Of a stretch of 64,000 nucleotides of DNA, positions 27,688 to 41,596 are shown in pieces; the stretch's first letter is position 1, and each line of letters opens with the position of its first letter. The DNA comes from Burkholderiales bacterium (GTDB lineage: Bacteria; Pseudomonadota; Gammaproteobacteria; Burkholderiales; SG8-39), in NCBI GenBank assembly GCA_026416295.1, contig JAOAFL010000016.1:373-64372 (forward strand). The letters run 5' to 3'. The notes beneath the pieces are model-generated. The model did no database searches. It was not told the DNA's origin and was given only the letters and a program-made list of their open reading frames with translations. The position numbers were made by a program, and so were the translations under genes.

Positions 27688-30600
27688 TCAGGCCGCCATC
27701 CGGCCGTTGCGCGCGGCCAGTTCTCCGAGCGCGCGCCGGTATTCGTGCGGGAAGACCTTGACGAACTTCGCGCGGTATTCCGTCCAGCGCTCGAGCACCT
27801 CCTTCGCGCGCACGCTGCCGGTGTAGCGCACGTGCCGCTCGAGCAGATCCCGCACGATCGCCTCGTCGGCAAGGCCTCGGTGCCAGTACTCGCGACCGAG
27901 CCTGGCCTCCTGCTCGCGCTCGGAAAGGAGCGGCTCGAGCGCGACCATCGCGGTATTGCAACGCCGCGCGAACGTGCCGTCGGCGTCGAGCACGTAGGCG
28001 ATGCCGCCCGACATGCCGGCGGCGAAGTTGCGCCCGGTCTCGCCGAGCACGACCACCGTGCCGCCGGTCATGTATTCGCAGCCGTGATCGCCCACGCCCT
28101 CGACGACCGCCTGCGCCCCGGAATTGCGCACCGCGAACCGCTCGCCGGCCACGCCGCGGAAATACGCCTCGCCCTCGATCGCGCCGTAGAGCACGACGTT
28201 GCCGGTGATGATGTTTTCGCTCGGCTCGCCGCGGAACTTGGGCGAGGGCTGCACCGAGATGCGCCCGCCCGAGAGGCCCTTGCCGCAGTAGTCGTTCGTG
28301 TCGCCGACCAGGTCGAGCCAGATGCCGCGCGCAAGAAACGCGCCGAAGCTCTGGCCGGCCGAACCCGCGAACCGCACGTGGATCGTGCCTTCGGGCAGCC
28401 CGTCGTGCCCGTAGCGCTTCGCCACCTCGCCCGAGAGCATCGTGCCGACGGTACGGTGGATGTTGCGGATCGGCATCTCGATCGCGACGCGCTCGCCGCG
28501 CTCGAGCGCCGGCGCCGCCAGTTCGATCAGGCGCCGGTCGAGCGCGCGCTCCAGTCCGTGGTTCTGCGGCTCGCAATGCCGGCGCGCCACCTCGGGCGGC
28601 ATCTGCGGCATGTGGAAGATGCGCGAAAAGTCGAGCCCCTTCGCCTTCCAGTGTTCGATCCCCTTGCGGGTGTCGAGCAGGTCGGTGCGCCCGACCAGAT
28701 CGTCGAAGCGCCGGATGCCGAGCTGCGCCATCAGCTCGCGCACCTCCTCGGCGACGAAGAAGAAGTAGTTCACGACGTGCTCCGGCTGGCCGCGGAAGCG
28801 TCGCCGCAGCACCGGGTCCTGCGTGGCCACCCCCACCGGGCAGGTGTTCAGGTGGCACTTCCTCATCATGATGCAGCCTTCGACCACGAGCGGCGCGGTC
28901 GCGAAGCCGAATTCGTCGGCGCCGAGCAGCGCGCCGATCACCACGTCGCGGCCGGTCTTCAGCTGCCCGTCGACCTGCACCGAAATGCGCCCGCGCAGGC
29001 GGTTGAGCACGAGCGTCTGCTGCGTTTCCGCAAGGCCGAGCTCCCAGGGCGTGCCCGCGTGCATGATCGAGGACCAGGGCGAGGCGCCGGTGCCGCCGTC
29101 GTGCCCGGCGATGGTGACGTGCTCGGCTTTTGCCTTCGCCACGCCGGCGGCGATCGTGCCGACGCCGACTTCCGAGACGAGCTTGACGCTCACCAGCGCG
29201 CGCGGGTTCGCGTTCTTCAGGTCGTGGATCAGCTGCGCCAGATCCTCGATCGAGTAGATGTCGTGGTGCGGTGGCGGCGAAATCAGCTCCACGCCCGGCG
29301 TCGAGTAGCGAAGCTCGGCGATGTACTCCGAGACCTTGCGCCCGGGCAGCTGCCCGCCTTCGCCGGGCTTTGCGCCTTGCGCGATCTTGATCTGGATCAT
29401 CTCGGCGTTCGCAAGGTACTCGGCGGTGACCCCGAAGCGGCCGGAGGCGACCTGCTTGATCTTGGAGTTGAGCGAATCGCCCTCGCGCAGCGGGATGTCG
29501 ACGACGACCCGGTCGCGCCCGAGGCGCGACTGCAGCGATTCGCCCGCGCGGATCGGCGCGTAGCGGCGGCGGTCCTCGCCGCCCTCGCCGGTGTTCGAGC
29601 GCCCGCCGATCCGGTTCATCGCCACCGCGAGCACGGTGTGCGCCTCGGTCGAGATCGAGCCGAGCGACATCGCGCCGGTGGAAAAGCGCTTCACGATCTC
29701 GGCGGCCGGCTCCACCTCCTCGATCGGCACCGGGGTGCATTTGTCGAAGCGGAACTCGAACAGTCCGCGCAGCGTCAGGTGCCGCACCGACTGGTCGTTG
29801 ACGATGCGCGCGTACTCCTTGTAGGTCGCGTAGGAATTCTGCCGCGTCGCGTGCTGCAGCTTCGCGATCGCGTCCGGCGTCCACGCATGCTCCTCGCCGC
29901 GCACCCGCCAGGCGTATTCGCCGCCGGCGTCGAGCGCCGAGGCGAGCACCGGATCGCGCTCGCTGAAGGCGGCGCGATGCGCGCGGATCGCTTCTTCGGC
30001 GACCTGGAACACGTCGATGCCCTCGACCCCGGAGGCGGTGCCGGTGAAGTACTTGTCGACGAGCGAGCGCGCGAGGCCCACGGCCTCGAAGATCTGGGCG
30101 CCGGTGTAGGACATGTAGGTCGAGATGCCCATCTTGGACATCACCTTCTTCAGTCCCTTGCCGATCGCTTTCACGAAGTTGCGGATCGCCTTTCCGCCGT
30201 CGAGCCCGCCGGCGAGCTTGCCGCGCGCGGCAAGATCAAGGAGCGTCTCCATCGCGAGGTACGGATGCACCGCCTCCGCGCCGTAGCCGCCGAGCAGCGC
30301 GAAATGGTGTACCTCGCGCGCCGAGCCGGTTTCGACGACCAGCCCGGTCGAGGTGCGCAGGCCCTTCGCCACCAGGTGCTGGTGGATCGCCGAAAGCGCA
30401 AGAAGCGCCGGGATCGCTACCCGCTCGCGGTCGGTGCGCCGGTCCGAGACGATGAGGATGGAAAAGCCCGAGCGCACCGCGTCCTCGGCCTGCGCGCAGA
30501 GCGACGCAAGCCGCGCCTCGATCGCCTCGGCGCCCCAGGCGACCGGATACGTGATGTCGAGCTCGAACGAGCGGAACTTGCCGCCGGTGTAGCGCTCGAT

Positions 30601-32349
30601 GTGCCGGATCTTGTCCATCTCGTAGAAATCGAGCACCGGCTGCGACACCTCGAGCCTGAGCGGCGGGTTCATCTCGTCGATGCCGAGCAGGTTCGGCTTC
30701 GGGCCGATGAAGGACACGAGGCTCGTCACCAGTTCCTCGCGGATCGGGTCGATCGCCGGATTCGTCACCTGCGCGAAGAGCTGCTTGAAGTAGTGGTACA
30801 GCGTCTTCGTGCGCCGCGACAGCACCGCGAGTGCGGCGTCGTTGCCCATCGAGCCGACCGGCTCCTCGCCGGCTTCCGCCATCGGCTGGAGCTGGAACTT
30901 GATGTCCTCCTGCGTCCAGGCGAACGCCTGCTGTCGGTCGAGCAACGCGACAGCGGAGCGTGGCGGGCGCTGGCGGCCGCCGTCCACTTCGTCCAGCTTG
31001 ATGCGGATGCGCTCGATCCACTCGGCGTAGGGGCGCGCGGCCGCGAGCTGGTCCTTCAGCTCCTTGTCGTCCACGATCCGGCCGCGCTCGAGGTCGACGA
31101 GGAACATCTTGCCCGGTTGCAGCCGCCACTTCTTCACGATCTTTTCCTCGGGCACCGGCAGCGTGCCGCATTCGGAGGCCATGATGACGAGGTCGTCGTC
31201 GGTGACGATGTAGCGCGACGGGCGCAGGCCGTTTCTGTCGAGGGTGGCGCCGATCCTCAGGCCGTCGGTGAACGCGATCGACGCCGGCCCGTCCCACGGC
31301 TCCATCATCGCCGCGTGGTATTCGTAGAACGCGCGCCGCGCCGGATCCATCAGCGTGTGGTTCTCCCACGCCTCCGGGATCATCATCATCATCGCGTGCG
31401 CGATCGAATAGCCGCCCATCACGAGCAGCTCGAGCGCGTTGTCGAACGAGGCCGAGTCCGACTGCCCGTCGTAGATGAGCGGCCAGATCTTCTTCAGGTC
31501 GTCGCCGAGCACCGGGCTCGAGATCGCCCCCTGGCGCGCGCGGATCCAGTTGACGTTGCCGCGCAGCGTGTTGATCTCGCCGTTGTGGCAGATCATGCGG
31601 AACGGGTGCGCGAGGTCCCAGGACGGGAAGGTGTTCGTGGAAAAGCGCTGGTGCACCATCGCGAGCGCCGATTCCACGCGAGGGTCCTTGAGGTCGAGGT
31701 AGTACTCGCCCACCTGGTGCGCAAGGAGCATCCCCTTGTAGACGATCGTGCGCGCCGACATCGACGGCACGTAGAACTCCTTGCCGTGGCGCAGGCGCAG
31801 CGCCTGGATCGCGTGCCCGGCGCTCTTGCGGATGATGTAGAGCTTGCGCTCGAGCGCGTCGGTGACCGTGACCCCGCGGCCGCGGCCGATGAACACCTGG
31901 CGGATGACGGGCTCGAGTCGCTTCGCCGGCTCGGCGAGGTCCGAATTGTCCACCGGCACGTCGCGCCAGCCAAGGAGCACCTGGCCTTCTTCCTTCACCG
32001 CGCGCTCGATCTCGTATTCGCAGGCGAGGCGGCTCGCCGGCTCGCGCGGCAGGAACACCATGCCGACGCCGTACTGGCCTGCCGGCGGAAGCTTCACGCC
32101 CTGCTTCGCCATCTCCTCGCGCAGGAACCGGTCCGGGATCTGGATCAGGATCCCGGCCCCGTCGGACAGCTTCGGATCCCAGCCGACCGCGCCGCGGTGC
32201 GTGAGGTTTTTGAGGATCGTCAGGCCCTGCGCGACGATCGCGTGCGACTTCCTGCCCTTGATGTGCGCGACGAAGCCGACGCCGCAGGCGTCGTGCTCGC
32301 GCCCCGGGTGATAGAGTCCTTGAGGGGCAGGCTGTGAGGGCTGGTCCAC
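27688..32349 (-). CDS. gltB: Glutamate synthase large subunit
   Basis: [43 protein letters not shown]. Confidence 0.97.
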   Translation of the reverse strand: MDQPSQPAPQGLYHPGREHDACGVGFVAHIKGRKSHAIVAQGLTILKNLTHRGAVGWDPKLSDGAGILIQIPDRFLREEMAKQGVKLPPAGQYGVGMVFLPREPASRLACEYEIERAVKEEGQVLLGWRDVPVDNSDLAEPAKRLEPVIRQVFIGRGRGVTVTDALERKLYIIRKSAGHAIQALRLRHGKEFYVPSMSARTIVYKGMLLAHQVGEYYLDLKDPRVESALAMVHQRFSTNTFPSWDLAHPFRMICHNGEINTLRGNVNWIRARQGAISSPVLGDDLKKIWPLIYDGQSDSASFDNALELLVMGGYSIAHAMMMMIPEAWENHTLMDPARRAFYEYHAAMMEPWDGPASIAFTDGLRIGATLDRNGLRPSRYIVTDDDLVIMASECGTLPVPEEKIVKKWRLQPGKMFLVDLERGRIVDDKELKDQLAAARPYAEWIERIRIKLDEVDGGRQRPPRSAVALLDRQQAFAWTQEDIKFQLQPMAEAGEEPVGSMGNDAALAVLSRRTKTLYHYFKQLFAQVTNPAIDPIREELVTSLVSFIGPKPNLLGIDEMNPPLRLEVSQPVLDFYEMDKIRHIERYTGGKFRSFELDITYPVAWGAEAIEARLASLCAQAEDAVRSGFSILIVSDRRTDRERVAIPALLALSAIHQHLVAKGLRTSTGLVVETGSAREVHHFALLGGYGAEAVHPYLAMETLLDLAARGKLAGGLDGGKAIRNFVKAIGKGLKKVMSKMGISTYMSYTGAQIFEAVGLARSLVDKYFTGTASGVEGIDVFQVAEEAIRAHRAAFSERDPVLASALDAGGEYAWRVRGEEHAWTPDAIAKLQHATRQNSYATYKEYARIVNDQSVRHLTLRGLFEFRFDKCTPVPIEEVEPAAEIVKRFSTGAMSLGSISTEAHTVLAVAMNRIGGRSNTGEGGEDRRRYAPIRAGESLQSRLGRDRVVVDIPLREGDSLNSKIKQVASGRFGVTAEYLANAEMIQIKIAQGAKPGEGGQLPGRKVSEYIAELRYSTPGVELISPPPHHDIYSIEDLAQLIHDLKNANPRALVSVKLVSEVGVGTIAAGVAKAKAEHVTIAGHDGGTGASPWSSIMHAGTPWELGLAETQQTLVLNRLRGRISVQVDGQLKTGRDVVIGALLGADEFGFATAPLVVEGCIMMRKCHLNTCPVGVATQDPVLRRRFRGQPEHVVNYFFFVAEEVRELMAQLGIRRFDDLVGRTDLLDTRKGIEHWKAKGLDFSRIFHMPQMPPEVARRHCEPQNHGLERALDRRLIELAAPALERGERVAIEMPIRNIHRTVGTMLSGEVAKRYGHDGLPEGTIHVRFAGSAGQSFGAFLARGIWLDLVGDTNDYCGKGLSGGRISVQPSPKFRGEPSENIITGNVVLYGAIEGEAYFRGVAGERFAVRNSGAQAVVEGVGDHGCEYMTGGTVVVLGETGRNFAAGMSGGIAYVLDADGTFARRCNTAMVALEPLLSEREQEARLGREYWHRGLADEAIVRDLLERHVRYTGSVRAKEVLERWTEYRAKFVKVFPHEYRRALGELAARNGRMAA

Positions 32350-32432
32350 GTTCGCGCCTTCGTCCGGAGGTCGTTGTCCGCCCGGTGGTCGGTCCTTTGC
32401 CGCTTTGCACAAAGAATCCGGGCGAACCGAGA

Positions 32433-32461
32433 AATATACCTTCGCCCTCCTTGCGCAACAA
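32433..32461 (-). promoter_or_regulatory. Putative sigma70 promoter of gltBD
   Basis: Minus strand TTGTTG-N17-TATATT in an AT-richer intergenic patch. Confidence 0.5.
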
Positions 32462-32482
32462 GGGGTTGGGCGCGGGTTGCGC

Positions 32483-33558
<1,076 letters not shown>

Positions 33559-33577
<19 letters not shown>

Positions 33578-34092
33578 GCGTCCTCCAGCCGCGCGAGCAG
33601 CTCGCGCGCGAGCGCCGCGGCGCTCGCGCGCCCGGTCTCGATCACGAGGTCGGCGACCTCGCGGTAGAGCGGGTCGCGCTCGGCATAGAGCGCCTCCAGC
33701 TTCGCGCGCGGGTCGGCGGTCGCGAGCAGCGGCCGGCCGCGGTCGCGCCGCAGCCGCGGCCACAGCTGCGCCGGCCGGCCGTGCAGGTACACGACGAGGC
33801 CCGAGGCCGCGAGGCGACGCCGGTTCGCCGCGGCGAGCACCGCGCCGCCGCCGGTCGCGAGTACGAGCCCCGAGCGCGCGCACAGGTCCTCCAGCACCTG
33901 CGACTCGCGCGCGCGAAAGCCCGCTTCGCCCTCGATCTCGAAGATCACCGGGATCGGCACGCCGCAGCGCGCCTCGATCTCGTGGTCGGAGTCGCGGAAT
34001 TCGCGCCCCAGGCGCCGCGCGAGGATGCGGCCGACGGTGGTCTTTCCGGCACCCATCAGCCCGACGAGGATGATGTTGTCGCCTGCGCGCAC
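33559..34092 (-). CDS. aroK: Shikimate kinase
   Basis: [29 protein letters not shown]; lies between pilQ and aroB. Confidence 0.93.
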
Positions 34093-34169
34093 CGCGCCAT
34101 TGTACGGGCGAAGAAGAGCGGCCGGCGCCGGGCCGGCCGCCTCGCGCGCGTCCGAGAAGAAACCGGGCG

Positions 34170-36263
34170 CTAACGCACCGTGAGGCGCTCGCTCACGATG
34201 CGCGGCGTGATGAAGACGAGCAGCTCCGTCTTCTGGATCTGCTGCGTGGTGTTGCGGAACAGAAACCCGATGTAGGGCAGCTCGCCGAAGAACGGCACGC
34301 GCGTGACGTCGCGCCGGTCCGATTCCTCGTAGATGCCGCCGATCACCACGGTGCCGCCGTTTTCCACCAGCACCTCGGTCTTGACGTGCTTGGTGTTGAT
34401 CTGCACGCCCGCCGGGGTGATCGTTCCGGGCTGGTCCTTGTTGACGTCGAGCGTCATGATGATGTTGCCGTCGGGCGTGATCTGGGGCTTCACCTTGAGC
34501 GAAAGATTGGCCTTGCGGAACGCGACCGCGGTCGCCCCGGACGAGGTCGCCTGCTGGTACGGAATCTCGGTGCCCTGCTCGATCACCGCCTCGACCTGGT
34601 CGGCGGTGAGTACGCGCGGGCTCGCGATCACCTTGCCCTTGCCGTCGGCTTCCAACGCCGAAATCTCCAGGTTGAGAAACTGCGTCAGCCGCGAGTTGAA
34701 CAGGATGAACGAGAACTGGCCGGCGTTGAACGCGTTCAGGCCGGCGGCCGGCATGTTCACCGAAAGGCTCCCCGGAATGAACGACGCCGCGCCGCCCTGC
34801 GCGCCGCCGCCCGCCTGGCTGCCGACGTTGTTCAGCCCGCCGCCGAAGGCGAACCGCGGGCTGTTCTGCCCGAACAGGCGATGGTTGCCGCCGACGTCGT
34901 TGTAGCCGAGACGCGCGCCGAGGTTTTTCGAGAACGTGTCGCTCGCCTCGACGATGCGCGCCTCGATCAGCACCTGGCGCACCGGGATGTCGACCTTCGC
35001 CACCAGGCGCCGCACCTCGTCGAGCTTGGCGCTGATGTCCTGGATGAAGACCTGGTTGGTGCGCGGGTCGATCACCGCGCTGCCGCGCTTGGACAGGATG
35101 CGCTGCTTGTCGTCGGTGAGCAGCTTCACGAACGACTCGGCCTTGGTGTAGTTCAGCTGGAACGACTCGGTGCGCAGCGGCTCGAGCTCGCTGATCTGGT
35201 TCTGCGCCTCGAGCGCGAGCTTTTCGCGCGTGGCCAGCTCGTCGCGCGGCGCGATCCAGATCACGTTGCCGGAGCGGCGCATGTCGAGGCCGCGCGTCTG
35301 CAGGATGATGTCGAGCGCCTGGTCCCAGGGCACGTCCTTCAACCGCAGCGTGATCGCGCCGGTGACCGAATCGCTCGTGATGATGTTGAGGTCGGTGAAA
35401 TCGGCGAGCACGTTGAGCACCGCGCGCACCTCGACGTTCTGGAAGTTGAGCGAGAGCTTCTCGCCGGTGTAGCGGCCGCGCTGCGGCGCCGCCCGCGACG
35501 GGTCCGCCGTCAGCGGCCGCACCTCGACCACGAACTGGGTGTCCGACTGGTACGCGTTGTGCTCCCACTGGCCGCGCGCCTCGATCACCAGGCGCACGTT
35601 CTCGCCCTGCTGGAACGCGGTCACCGTCTGCACCGGCGTGGCGAAGTCCACCACGTCGAGCCGCCGCCGCAGCTTCTCCGGCAGCGCCGTCTTCAGGAAC
35701 TCGACGACGATGTTCTGGCCCTGCTGGCGGATGTCGATGCCGGTCGAGGTATCCGACAGGTCGACGATCACCCGCCCTTCGCCCGCGCGGCCGCGGCGAA
35801 AATCGATCTCGCGCACCGCGTGCTTGACGTCGGCGCGGCCTTCGGCGAACGGCGCCGTCGGCGCCGCCTGCGCGACCGCCGCCGCCGCGAGCGTCACCAC
35901 GAGCGTGCGGCCCTCGAGCGCCGCCTCGTAGGCGACCGGCCGGCGCAGGTTGAGCACCAGGCGCGCGCGCTCGGCCCCGGGCACGAGGTTCATGCTGCGC
36001 AGCTCGCCCTGCCCGATTTCCTGCGCGTTGCGGCCGAGCGCATTCGCGGTCCCGGGGAAATCGAACACGATGCGCGGCGGACTGACGACCGAAAAGCTCG
36101 GCGGCAGGCTCTTCAGCGGCTCGCGGGTCGTGACGCGAACGACGAGGTTCGCTCCCTGCTGCGCGACCTCGAACCCTTCGATCGCGTTGGTTTGCGCGAG
36201 CGCCCCGCCGGCGAACCCGGCGAGCAGCGCGATGAGGCTCCACGTGATGCGCGTCATGGTCAT
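34170..36263 (-). CDS. pilQ: Type IV pilus secretin
   Basis: AMIN domains, [40 protein letters not shown]. Confidence 0.96.
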   Translation of the reverse strand: MTMTRITWSLIALLAGFAGGALAQTNAIEGFEVAQQGANLVVRVTTREPLKSLPPSFSVVSPPRIVFDFPGTANALGRNAQEIGQGELRSMNLVPGAERARLVLNLRRPVAYEAALEGRTLVVTLAAAAVAQAAPTAPFAEGRADVKHAVREIDFRRGRAGEGRVIVDLSDTSTGIDIRQQGQNIVVEFLKTALPEKLRRRLDVVDFATPVQTVTAFQQGENVRLVIEARGQWEHNAYQSDTQFVVEVRPLTADPSRAAPQRGRYTGEKLSLNFQNVEVRAVLNVLADFTDLNIITSDSVTGAITLRLKDVPWDQALDIILQTRGLDMRRSGNVIWIAPRDELATREKLALEAQNQISELEPLRTESFQLNYTKAESFVKLLTDDKQRILSKRGSAVIDPRTNQVFIQDISAKLDEVRRLVAKVDIPVRQVLIEARIVEASDTFSKNLGARLGYNDVGGNHRLFGQNSPRFAFGGGLNNVGSQAGGGAQGGAASFIPGSLSVNMPAAGLNAFNAGQFSFILFNSRLTQFLNLEISALEADGKGKVIASPRVLTADQVEAVIEQGTEIPYQQATSSGATAVAFRKANLSLKVKPQITPDGNIIMTLDVNKDQPGTITPAGVQINTKHVKTEVLVENGGTVVIGGIYEESDRRDVTRVPFFGELPYIGFLFRNTTQQIQKTELLVFITPRIVSERLTVR

Positions 36264-36814
36264 CTCCTCGCCCCGGTCGGGGCCTCCTGCAGCTGCAGCG
36301 TCGCGGTGCGCTCCACCCAGTCGCCGCTGCTGTCCTGCACCACTTCCTTGAGGCGGATCTCGCCCTCGTCGATCGCGGTGATCAGGCCGAAGTTCTGCCC
36401 GATGTAGTTGCCCTTCTTCACCCGGTACAGGGTCGTGCCCGCCTTGACGAGCGCGTAGATCTCGTTCGCCTGCCGCAGCGTGCCGACCATCTGCAGGCTG
36501 TCGAGCGGGAACGCCTCGAGCGGCTCGCGCGGCCGGTTCATGTCCGGCGCAAGACGGCCGCCGCCGCCCGCGCCGGCGGCCTGCGCGACCACGATGCGCG
36601 CGGGCAGGAACGGGTCGGTGAGCGCCTCGCCGCGGTAGGCGGCCGGCTCGTACGCCTTCATCGTCGGCAGCGGATCGACCCGCCCGCGCAGGTCCTTCGT
36701 CATCTGGGCGAGCTCCTGCTTGAGGTCGCCGAAGCGCTCGCCGCCGCAGCCGGCGAGCGCAAGCGCGGTCGCGAAGAGCAGGCCGCACACAAGGCGAACG
36801 CGCGCGTGCCTCAT
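36260..36814 (-). CDS. pilP: Type IV pilus lipoprotein PilP
   Basis: Lipobox [30 protein letters not shown]. Confidence 0.93.
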   Translation of the reverse strand: MRHARVRLVCGLLFATALALAGCGGERFGDLKQELAQMTKDLRGRVDPLPTMKAYEPAAYRGEALTDPFLPARIVVAQAAGAGGGGRLAPDMNRPREPLEAFPLDSLQMVGTLRQANEIYALVKAGTTLYRVKKGNYIGQNFGLITAIDEGEIRLKEVVQDSSGDWVERTATLQLQEAPTGARR

Positions 36815-37464
36815 TTCTTCGCCGGCGCCTTCTTCGCCGCGGCGGCGGCCTTGCGCTGCGCCGCGATTTCCTCTTCGTCCAGGTAGCGGAACGTGCGGGC
36901 GGTCGCGTCCATCGTCAGATTGCCGTCCTTCTGCGCCTCGATGCCGACGTCGTTCAGCGTCACGATGCGCGACAGCTGCCCCACATCGGCGGCGAAATGG
37001 CCCATGTCGTGGTAGGTGCCGACGACGCGGATGCGGATCGGCAGCTCGGCGTAGAACTCCTTGAGCGTCTCGGCCTCGGGCTTGAACAGCTCGAACTGCA
37101 GTCCGCGCGACAGTCCCGCCTGGTTGATGTCGACGAGCAGCGCGTCGATCTGCGCCTTGTTCGGCAGCTGTTTGAGCAGCGCGCCGAACTGCGTGTCGAT
37201 CTCGCGCAGCTGCTGGCGGTGCAGGTCGAGGTTGATCGCCTGCTTCTTCTTGTCGAGGTAGTCCTGCTTGAGCTTCGCCTCGGTGCTGCGGTCGCGCTCG
37301 AGCGCGTCCCACTGATCCTGCCAGACGAGGAACCAGCCGAGCGCCGGGATCGCCGCGAGGATCGCGACGAGCACGAGCACCATCGGCGCCGCCGTCCAGG
37401 TGCCCGGATCCCGCCAGTTGGTGCGCTGCAGGTCCTCGACGATGCGCGCGACGTTGAGCGCCAT
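36811..37464 (-). CDS. pilO: Type IV pilus assembly protein PilO
   Basis: LLKQLPNKAQIDALLVDINQAG, EFYAELPI, RIVTL. Confidence 0.94.
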   Translation of the reverse strand: MALNVARIVEDLQRTNWRDPGTWTAAPMVLVLVAILAAIPALGWFLVWQDQWDALERDRSTEAKLKQDYLDKKKQAINLDLHRQQLREIDTQFGALLKQLPNKAQIDALLVDINQAGLSRGLQFELFKPEAETLKEFYAELPIRIRVVGTYHDMGHFAADVGQLSRIVTLNDVGIEAQKDGNLTMDATARTFRYLDEEEIAAQRKAAAAAKKAPAKK

Positions 37465-37467
37465 GCC

Positions 37468-38067
37468 TTAGCCCTTTCCGGCCGCCTTCGGCGCGCCCTT
37501 CGCGTCCTTGCCCTCGTCGCGCGCCGCGCGCTTCAGCGCGAACCGCAGGTTGAACTCCGACACGCGCATCTTGCCGAGATTCGCCGCCTTGATCTCGACC
37601 AGCTGCGGGTTCGCGAGCCACTGCGACGACTCGATGTTGCGCATGAGCGCCGAGACGCGGGCGTTCGACTGCGCATAGCCGGTCAGCTCGACCGCGAGGC
37701 CCTTCTGCTTCATGCTCTTCAGGAACACGCCGTCGGGCATCTGGCGCACCAGCTCGTCGAGCAGATAGACCGTCTGCGCCCGGTCGGCCTGCAGCGCCTC
37801 GATCACCTGCTTGCGCGCAAGAAGCGCCGCGATCTCGTCCTTCAGCTTCTTGATCTCCTCGATCTCCTTGTCGAGCTTCGCGATCTCGGACTTGAGGAAG
37901 GCGTTGCGTTCCTGCTGCTCCGCGAGCGCGCGCTCGTTGAGGATGTAGACCGCGCCGACGATCGCCGCGCCGAGCGCCGCGGTCATGCCGGCGAGCGTCG
38001 CGAAATGCGCGCGCGCGCGCCGGCGCCGCTCCTCGCGGTGAGGCAGCAGGTTGATGCGAACGATCAT
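37468..38067 (-). CDS. pilN: Type IV pilus assembly protein PilN
   Basis: RINLLPHRE, GYAQSNARVSALMRN. Confidence 0.94.
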   Translation of the reverse strand: MIVRINLLPHREERRRRARAHFATLAGMTAALGAAIVGAVYILNERALAEQQERNAFLKSEIAKLDKEIEEIKKLKDEIAALLARKQVIEALQADRAQTVYLLDELVRQMPDGVFLKSMKQKGLAVELTGYAQSNARVSALMRNIESSQWLANPQLVEIKAANLGKMRVSEFNLRFALKRAARDEGKDAKGAPKAAGKG

Positions 38068-39143
38068 GACGGATCGAAGCGCCGCAGCGCGAGGCCGCAG
38101 GCGATGACGAGCGAGGGCGCGTCCTGCACCAGCTTTTTCAGCGGTACGCGCGGCGCGGGCGGGGCCATCGCCGCGAACGGGTTCGCGATCGCGGTCGGCA
38201 CCTGTGTGCGCGCGTGCACCACCTCGTCGAGCCCCGGGATCACCGCCGAGCCGCCGGCGAGCAGGATGTGCTCGACGCTGCTGTAAGGGGTGGAGGTGAA
38301 GAAGAACTGCAGCGCCCGCTGCACCTCGCTCGCGAGGTTCTCCATGAACGGTCGCAGCACCTCGGCTTCGTAGTCATCGGGCAGGCCGCCGGAGCGCTTG
38401 GCGTTTTCGGCCTCCTCCGGACTCATGCCGTAGCGCGACACGATGTCCGCGGTGAGCAGGTTGCCGCCGAACGCCTGCTCGCGGGTGTAGACCGACTGCT
38501 CGTTGCGCACGACGGTGACCTGCGTGACGTTCGCGCCGACGTCGACCACCGCGACGTTCTGGTCCTTGCCGCCGCCGGGAAGCTGGCGGATGACGAGCGC
38601 GAGCGCCGCCATCTGCGCGAACGCCTCGACGTCCATCACGAGCGGCTTCAGCCCGGCCGACTCCGCCACCGCGAGTCGGTCGCTCACTTTTTCCTTGCGC
38701 GTCGCGGCGATCAGGACCTCCTGCTCCTCCGGCCCGGAGGGCGCGGGCCCGAGGACCTGGAAGTCGAGGTTGACCTCCTCCAGCGCGAACGGGATGTACT
38801 GGTTCGCCTCGGTCTCGACCTGCGCTTCGAGCTCCTCTTCGCGCAGACCCGCCTGCACGATGATTTTCTTCGTGATCACCGCGCCGGTGGGCACCGCCAT
38901 CGCGACGTGCTTGGTGCGCGTGCCGAGCCGCTTGTAGGCGCGCGCCACCGCGTCCGACACCGCTTCGAGGATGTTGATGTTGCCGTCGACCACGGCATCC
39001 TTCGGCAGCGGTTCGATCGCGTAACGCTCGACGCGATAGCTGCCCTTGGCCGCCTCGGCGAGTTCCAGCATCTTCACCGACGAGGAGCTGATGTCCAAGC
39101 CGAACAGCGGGGGCGCTTTCGCCTTGAAGATGTCGAGGTTCAC
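38064..39143 (-). CDS. pilM: Type IV pilus assembly protein PilM
   Basis: GLDISSSSVK, YIPFALEEVNLDF, LAGGSA, CGLALR. Confidence 0.95.
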   Translation of the reverse strand: MNLDIFKAKAPPLFGLDISSSSVKMLELAEAAKGSYRVERYAIEPLPKDAVVDGNINILEAVSDAVARAYKRLGTRTKHVAMAVPTGAVITKKIIVQAGLREEELEAQVETEANQYIPFALEEVNLDFQVLGPAPSGPEEQEVLIAATRKEKVSDRLAVAESAGLKPLVMDVEAFAQMAALALVIRQLPGGGKDQNVAVVDVGANVTQVTVVRNEQSVYTREQAFGGNLLTADIVSRYGMSPEEAENAKRSGGLPDDYEAEVLRPFMENLASEVQRALQFFFTSTPYSSVEHILLAGGSAVIPGLDEVVHARTQVPTAIANPFAAMAPPAPRVPLKKLVQDAPSLVIACGLALRRFDPS

Positions 39144-39313
39144 CTGATTTTTCCTTTCGTATCGGCCGGTTAGGCCGAATACGTAGAATTTGCCTGAGAT
39201 GCTAGCAACAACTCCCTCGGGTGTCTAGCTAAATGCTCCGCAGGCCCCGAGCGCCTATAATGCGCCGTGTTCCCTCCCTCGCGCAACGGCCGACCCCAGC
39301 GGCCTCGACGTCC

Positions 39314-41596
39314 TTGAAGTGGCTGCGTTTTTTGGCGTTTCCGTTCGCCTTGCTGGCCGGCGCGGCGACCGTTGCGGCGTGTCTGGCGGCGCTCGTCGTC
39401 GCGCTCGCCTGGCCGCAGCTGCCTTCGCTCGAAATCCTCACCGACTATCAGCCGAAGGTGCCGCTTCGCGTCTACACCGCCGACGGGGCGCTGATCGCGG
39501 AGTTCGGCGAGGAGCGCCGCTCGGTCGTCTCGATCCGCGAGGTTCCGGAGGTCCTCAAGCTCGCGATCCTCGCGGCCGAGGACGAGCGCTTCTACCAGCA
39601 CACCGGCGTCGATTACCTCGGTGTCGCGCGCGCCGCGTACGCGAACCTGGTGCACGGCGGGCGCCGCCAGGGCGCGAGCACGATCACGATGCAGGTCGCG
39701 CGCAACTTCTTCCTCACCTCGGAGAAGACGCTCACGCGAAAGCTCTACGAGGCGTTGCTCGCCTTCAAGATCGAAAACAACCTCTCGAAGGACCAGATCC
39801 TCGAGCTCTACGTCAACCAGATCTACCTCGGCCAGCGCGCGTACGGATTCGCCGCTGCGGCGCAGATCTATTTCGGCAAGCCGCTCGATCGGCTGACGCT
39901 CGCCGAAGCGGCGGTGCTCGCCGGCCTGCCTAAGGCGCCGTCGGCCTACAACCCTGTTGCGAATCCGCAACGCGCGCGTCAGCGCCAGCAGTACGTGTTG
40001 CGGCGCATGAAGGAACTCGGCCACATTTCGGAGGCGCAGTACGCGGAGGCGCTCTCTGCGCCGCTGCAGGTCCGTCGTGCGGCGGAGGATTTCGCCGGCG
40101 TGCGCGCCGATCACCTCGCCGAGATGGTCCGACAGGCGCTCTACGAGCAGTACGGCGAGGCGACCTACAGCCGTGGGTTCCGCGTCTACACGACGTTACG
40201 CCGCGCCGAGCAGGAGGCCGCGTACGCGGCGCTGCGCCGCGGGCTGCTCGAGTACGACCGCCGCCAGGGCTACCGCGGACCCGAGGCGTACGCGCCGCTC
40301 GCCGAAAGCGCGACCGAGGACGACTACGACGATGCCCTCGCCGAGTACGCCGACGCCGACGACCTGCGCGTCGCGCTCGTTCTCGCGGCGAGCCCGCGCG
40401 AGGTGCGCGCGGTGCTCAAGACCGGCGAGCAGATCACGGTCAGCGGCGAAGGGCTGCGGTTTGCGGCGCGCGCGCTCGAGGAAAGATCGGCCGCCCAGCG
40501 CCGCATCCGCCGCGGCGCGATCGTGCGCGTGCAGCGCGACGAAAAGCGCGCCTGGCACATCGTGCAGCTGCCCGAGGCCGAAGCCGCGTTCGTCGCGCTC
40601 GATCCCACCGACGGGGCGATTCGCGCGCTCGTCGGCGGGTTCGACTTCCAGCGCAACAAGTTCAACCATGTGACCCAGGCCTGGCGCCAGCCGGGATCGG
40701 CCTTCAAGCCGTTCATCTACTCCGCAGCGCTGGAAAAGGGCTATACGCCCGCCACGGTCGTGCCCGACGAGCCGATCGTCGTCGAAGCCGAGGTGACCGG
40801 CAGTCAGCGCTGGGAGCCGAAGAACTACGACGGCAAGTTCGAAGGGCCGATGACCCTGCGCACCGCGCTCGCCAAGTCGAAAAACATGGTCTCGATCCGC
40901 CTGCTGCAGGACATCACGCCGAAGTACGCGCAGGACTTCGTGCAGCGTTTCGGCTTCGACGCCGACAAGCACCCGCCGTATCTCACGCTCGCGCTCGGCG
41001 CGGGCTCGGTGACGCCCCTTCAGATGGCGCGCGCCTACGGCGTGTTCGCGAACGGCGGCTACCTCGTCGAGCCGTACTTCATCCTGCGGGTGGTCGACGA
41101 CCGCGGCAATCCGCTCGGGGCGGCGCGCCCGCGCACCGCCGGCGACGAGGCGCTGCGGGTGCTCGACGCGCGAAACGCCTTCATCATGGACTCGTTGATG
41201 CAGGACGTCACCCGCTACGGCACCGCGGCCGCCGCCGCGCGCCTCGGCCGGCGCGATCTCGCCGGCAAGACCGGCACGACGAACGACTTCGTCGACGCCT
41301 GGTTCTGCGGCTACCACCCCACGCTCGTCGGCGTCGCCTGGGTCGGGTTCGATCAGCCGCGCTCGCTCGGCCGCAATCAGACCGGCGGGCGCGTCGCGCT
41401 GCCGATCTGGATCGATTTCATGGCGCGCGCGCTCGCGGGCGTTCCCGAGACGCCGCGCCCGGTGCCCGAGGGAATCGTCGCCGCGCGCGCCGATCCGGAC
41501 CCGGCCGCCCCACCCGAGGCGCGCGGTCGGGTCGAGTATTTTTACCGCGAGTTCCTGCCGCGAGAGCTCGTCGGCTCGGAGGTTCCCGCGAACTAG
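39314..41596 (+). CDS. mrcA: Penicillin-binding protein 1A
   Basis: EDERFY, GASTITMQVARN, RQPGSAFKP, SKN, AGKTGT; divergent from pilM. TTG start is uncertain. Confidence 0.93.
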   Translation: MKWLRFLAFPFALLAGAATVAACLAALVVALAWPQLPSLEILTDYQPKVPLRVYTADGALIAEFGEERRSVVSIREVPEVLKLAILAAEDERFYQHTGVDYLGVARAAYANLVHGGRRQGASTITMQVARNFFLTSEKTLTRKLYEALLAFKIENNLSKDQILELYVNQIYLGQRAYGFAAAAQIYFGKPLDRLTLAEAAVLAGLPKAPSAYNPVANPQRARQRQQYVLRRMKELGHISEAQYAEALSAPLQVRRAAEDFAGVRADHLAEMVRQALYEQYGEATYSRGFRVYTTLRRAEQEAAYAALRRGLLEYDRRQGYRGPEAYAPLAESATEDDYDDALAEYADADDLRVALVLAASPREVRAVLKTGEQITVSGEGLRFAARALEERSAAQRRIRRGAIVRVQRDEKRAWHIVQLPEAEAAFVALDPTDGAIRALVGGFDFQRNKFNHVTQAWRQPGSAFKPFIYSAALEKGYTPATVVPDEPIVVEAEVTGSQRWEPKNYDGKFEGPMTLRTALAKSKNMVSIRLLQDITPKYAQDFVQRFGFDADKHPPYLTLALGAGSVTPLQMARAYGVFANGGYLVEPYFILRVVDDRGNPLGAARPRTAGDEALRVLDARNAFIMDSLMQDVTRYGTAAAAARLGRRDLAGKTGTTNDFVDAWFCGYHPTLVGVAWVGFDQPRSLGRNQTGGRVALPIWIDFMARALAGVPETPRPVPEGIVAARADPDPAAPPEARGRVEYFYREFLPRELVGSEVPAN

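Noticed and set aside
25912-32337. 2141-aa plus-strand ORF, and similar giant ORFs such as 43431-48395 minus and 18097-21108 plus
   Set aside because: These are antisense shadows of gltBD, the RND pump and copA. They arise from high-GC codon bias and have no recognisable motifs.
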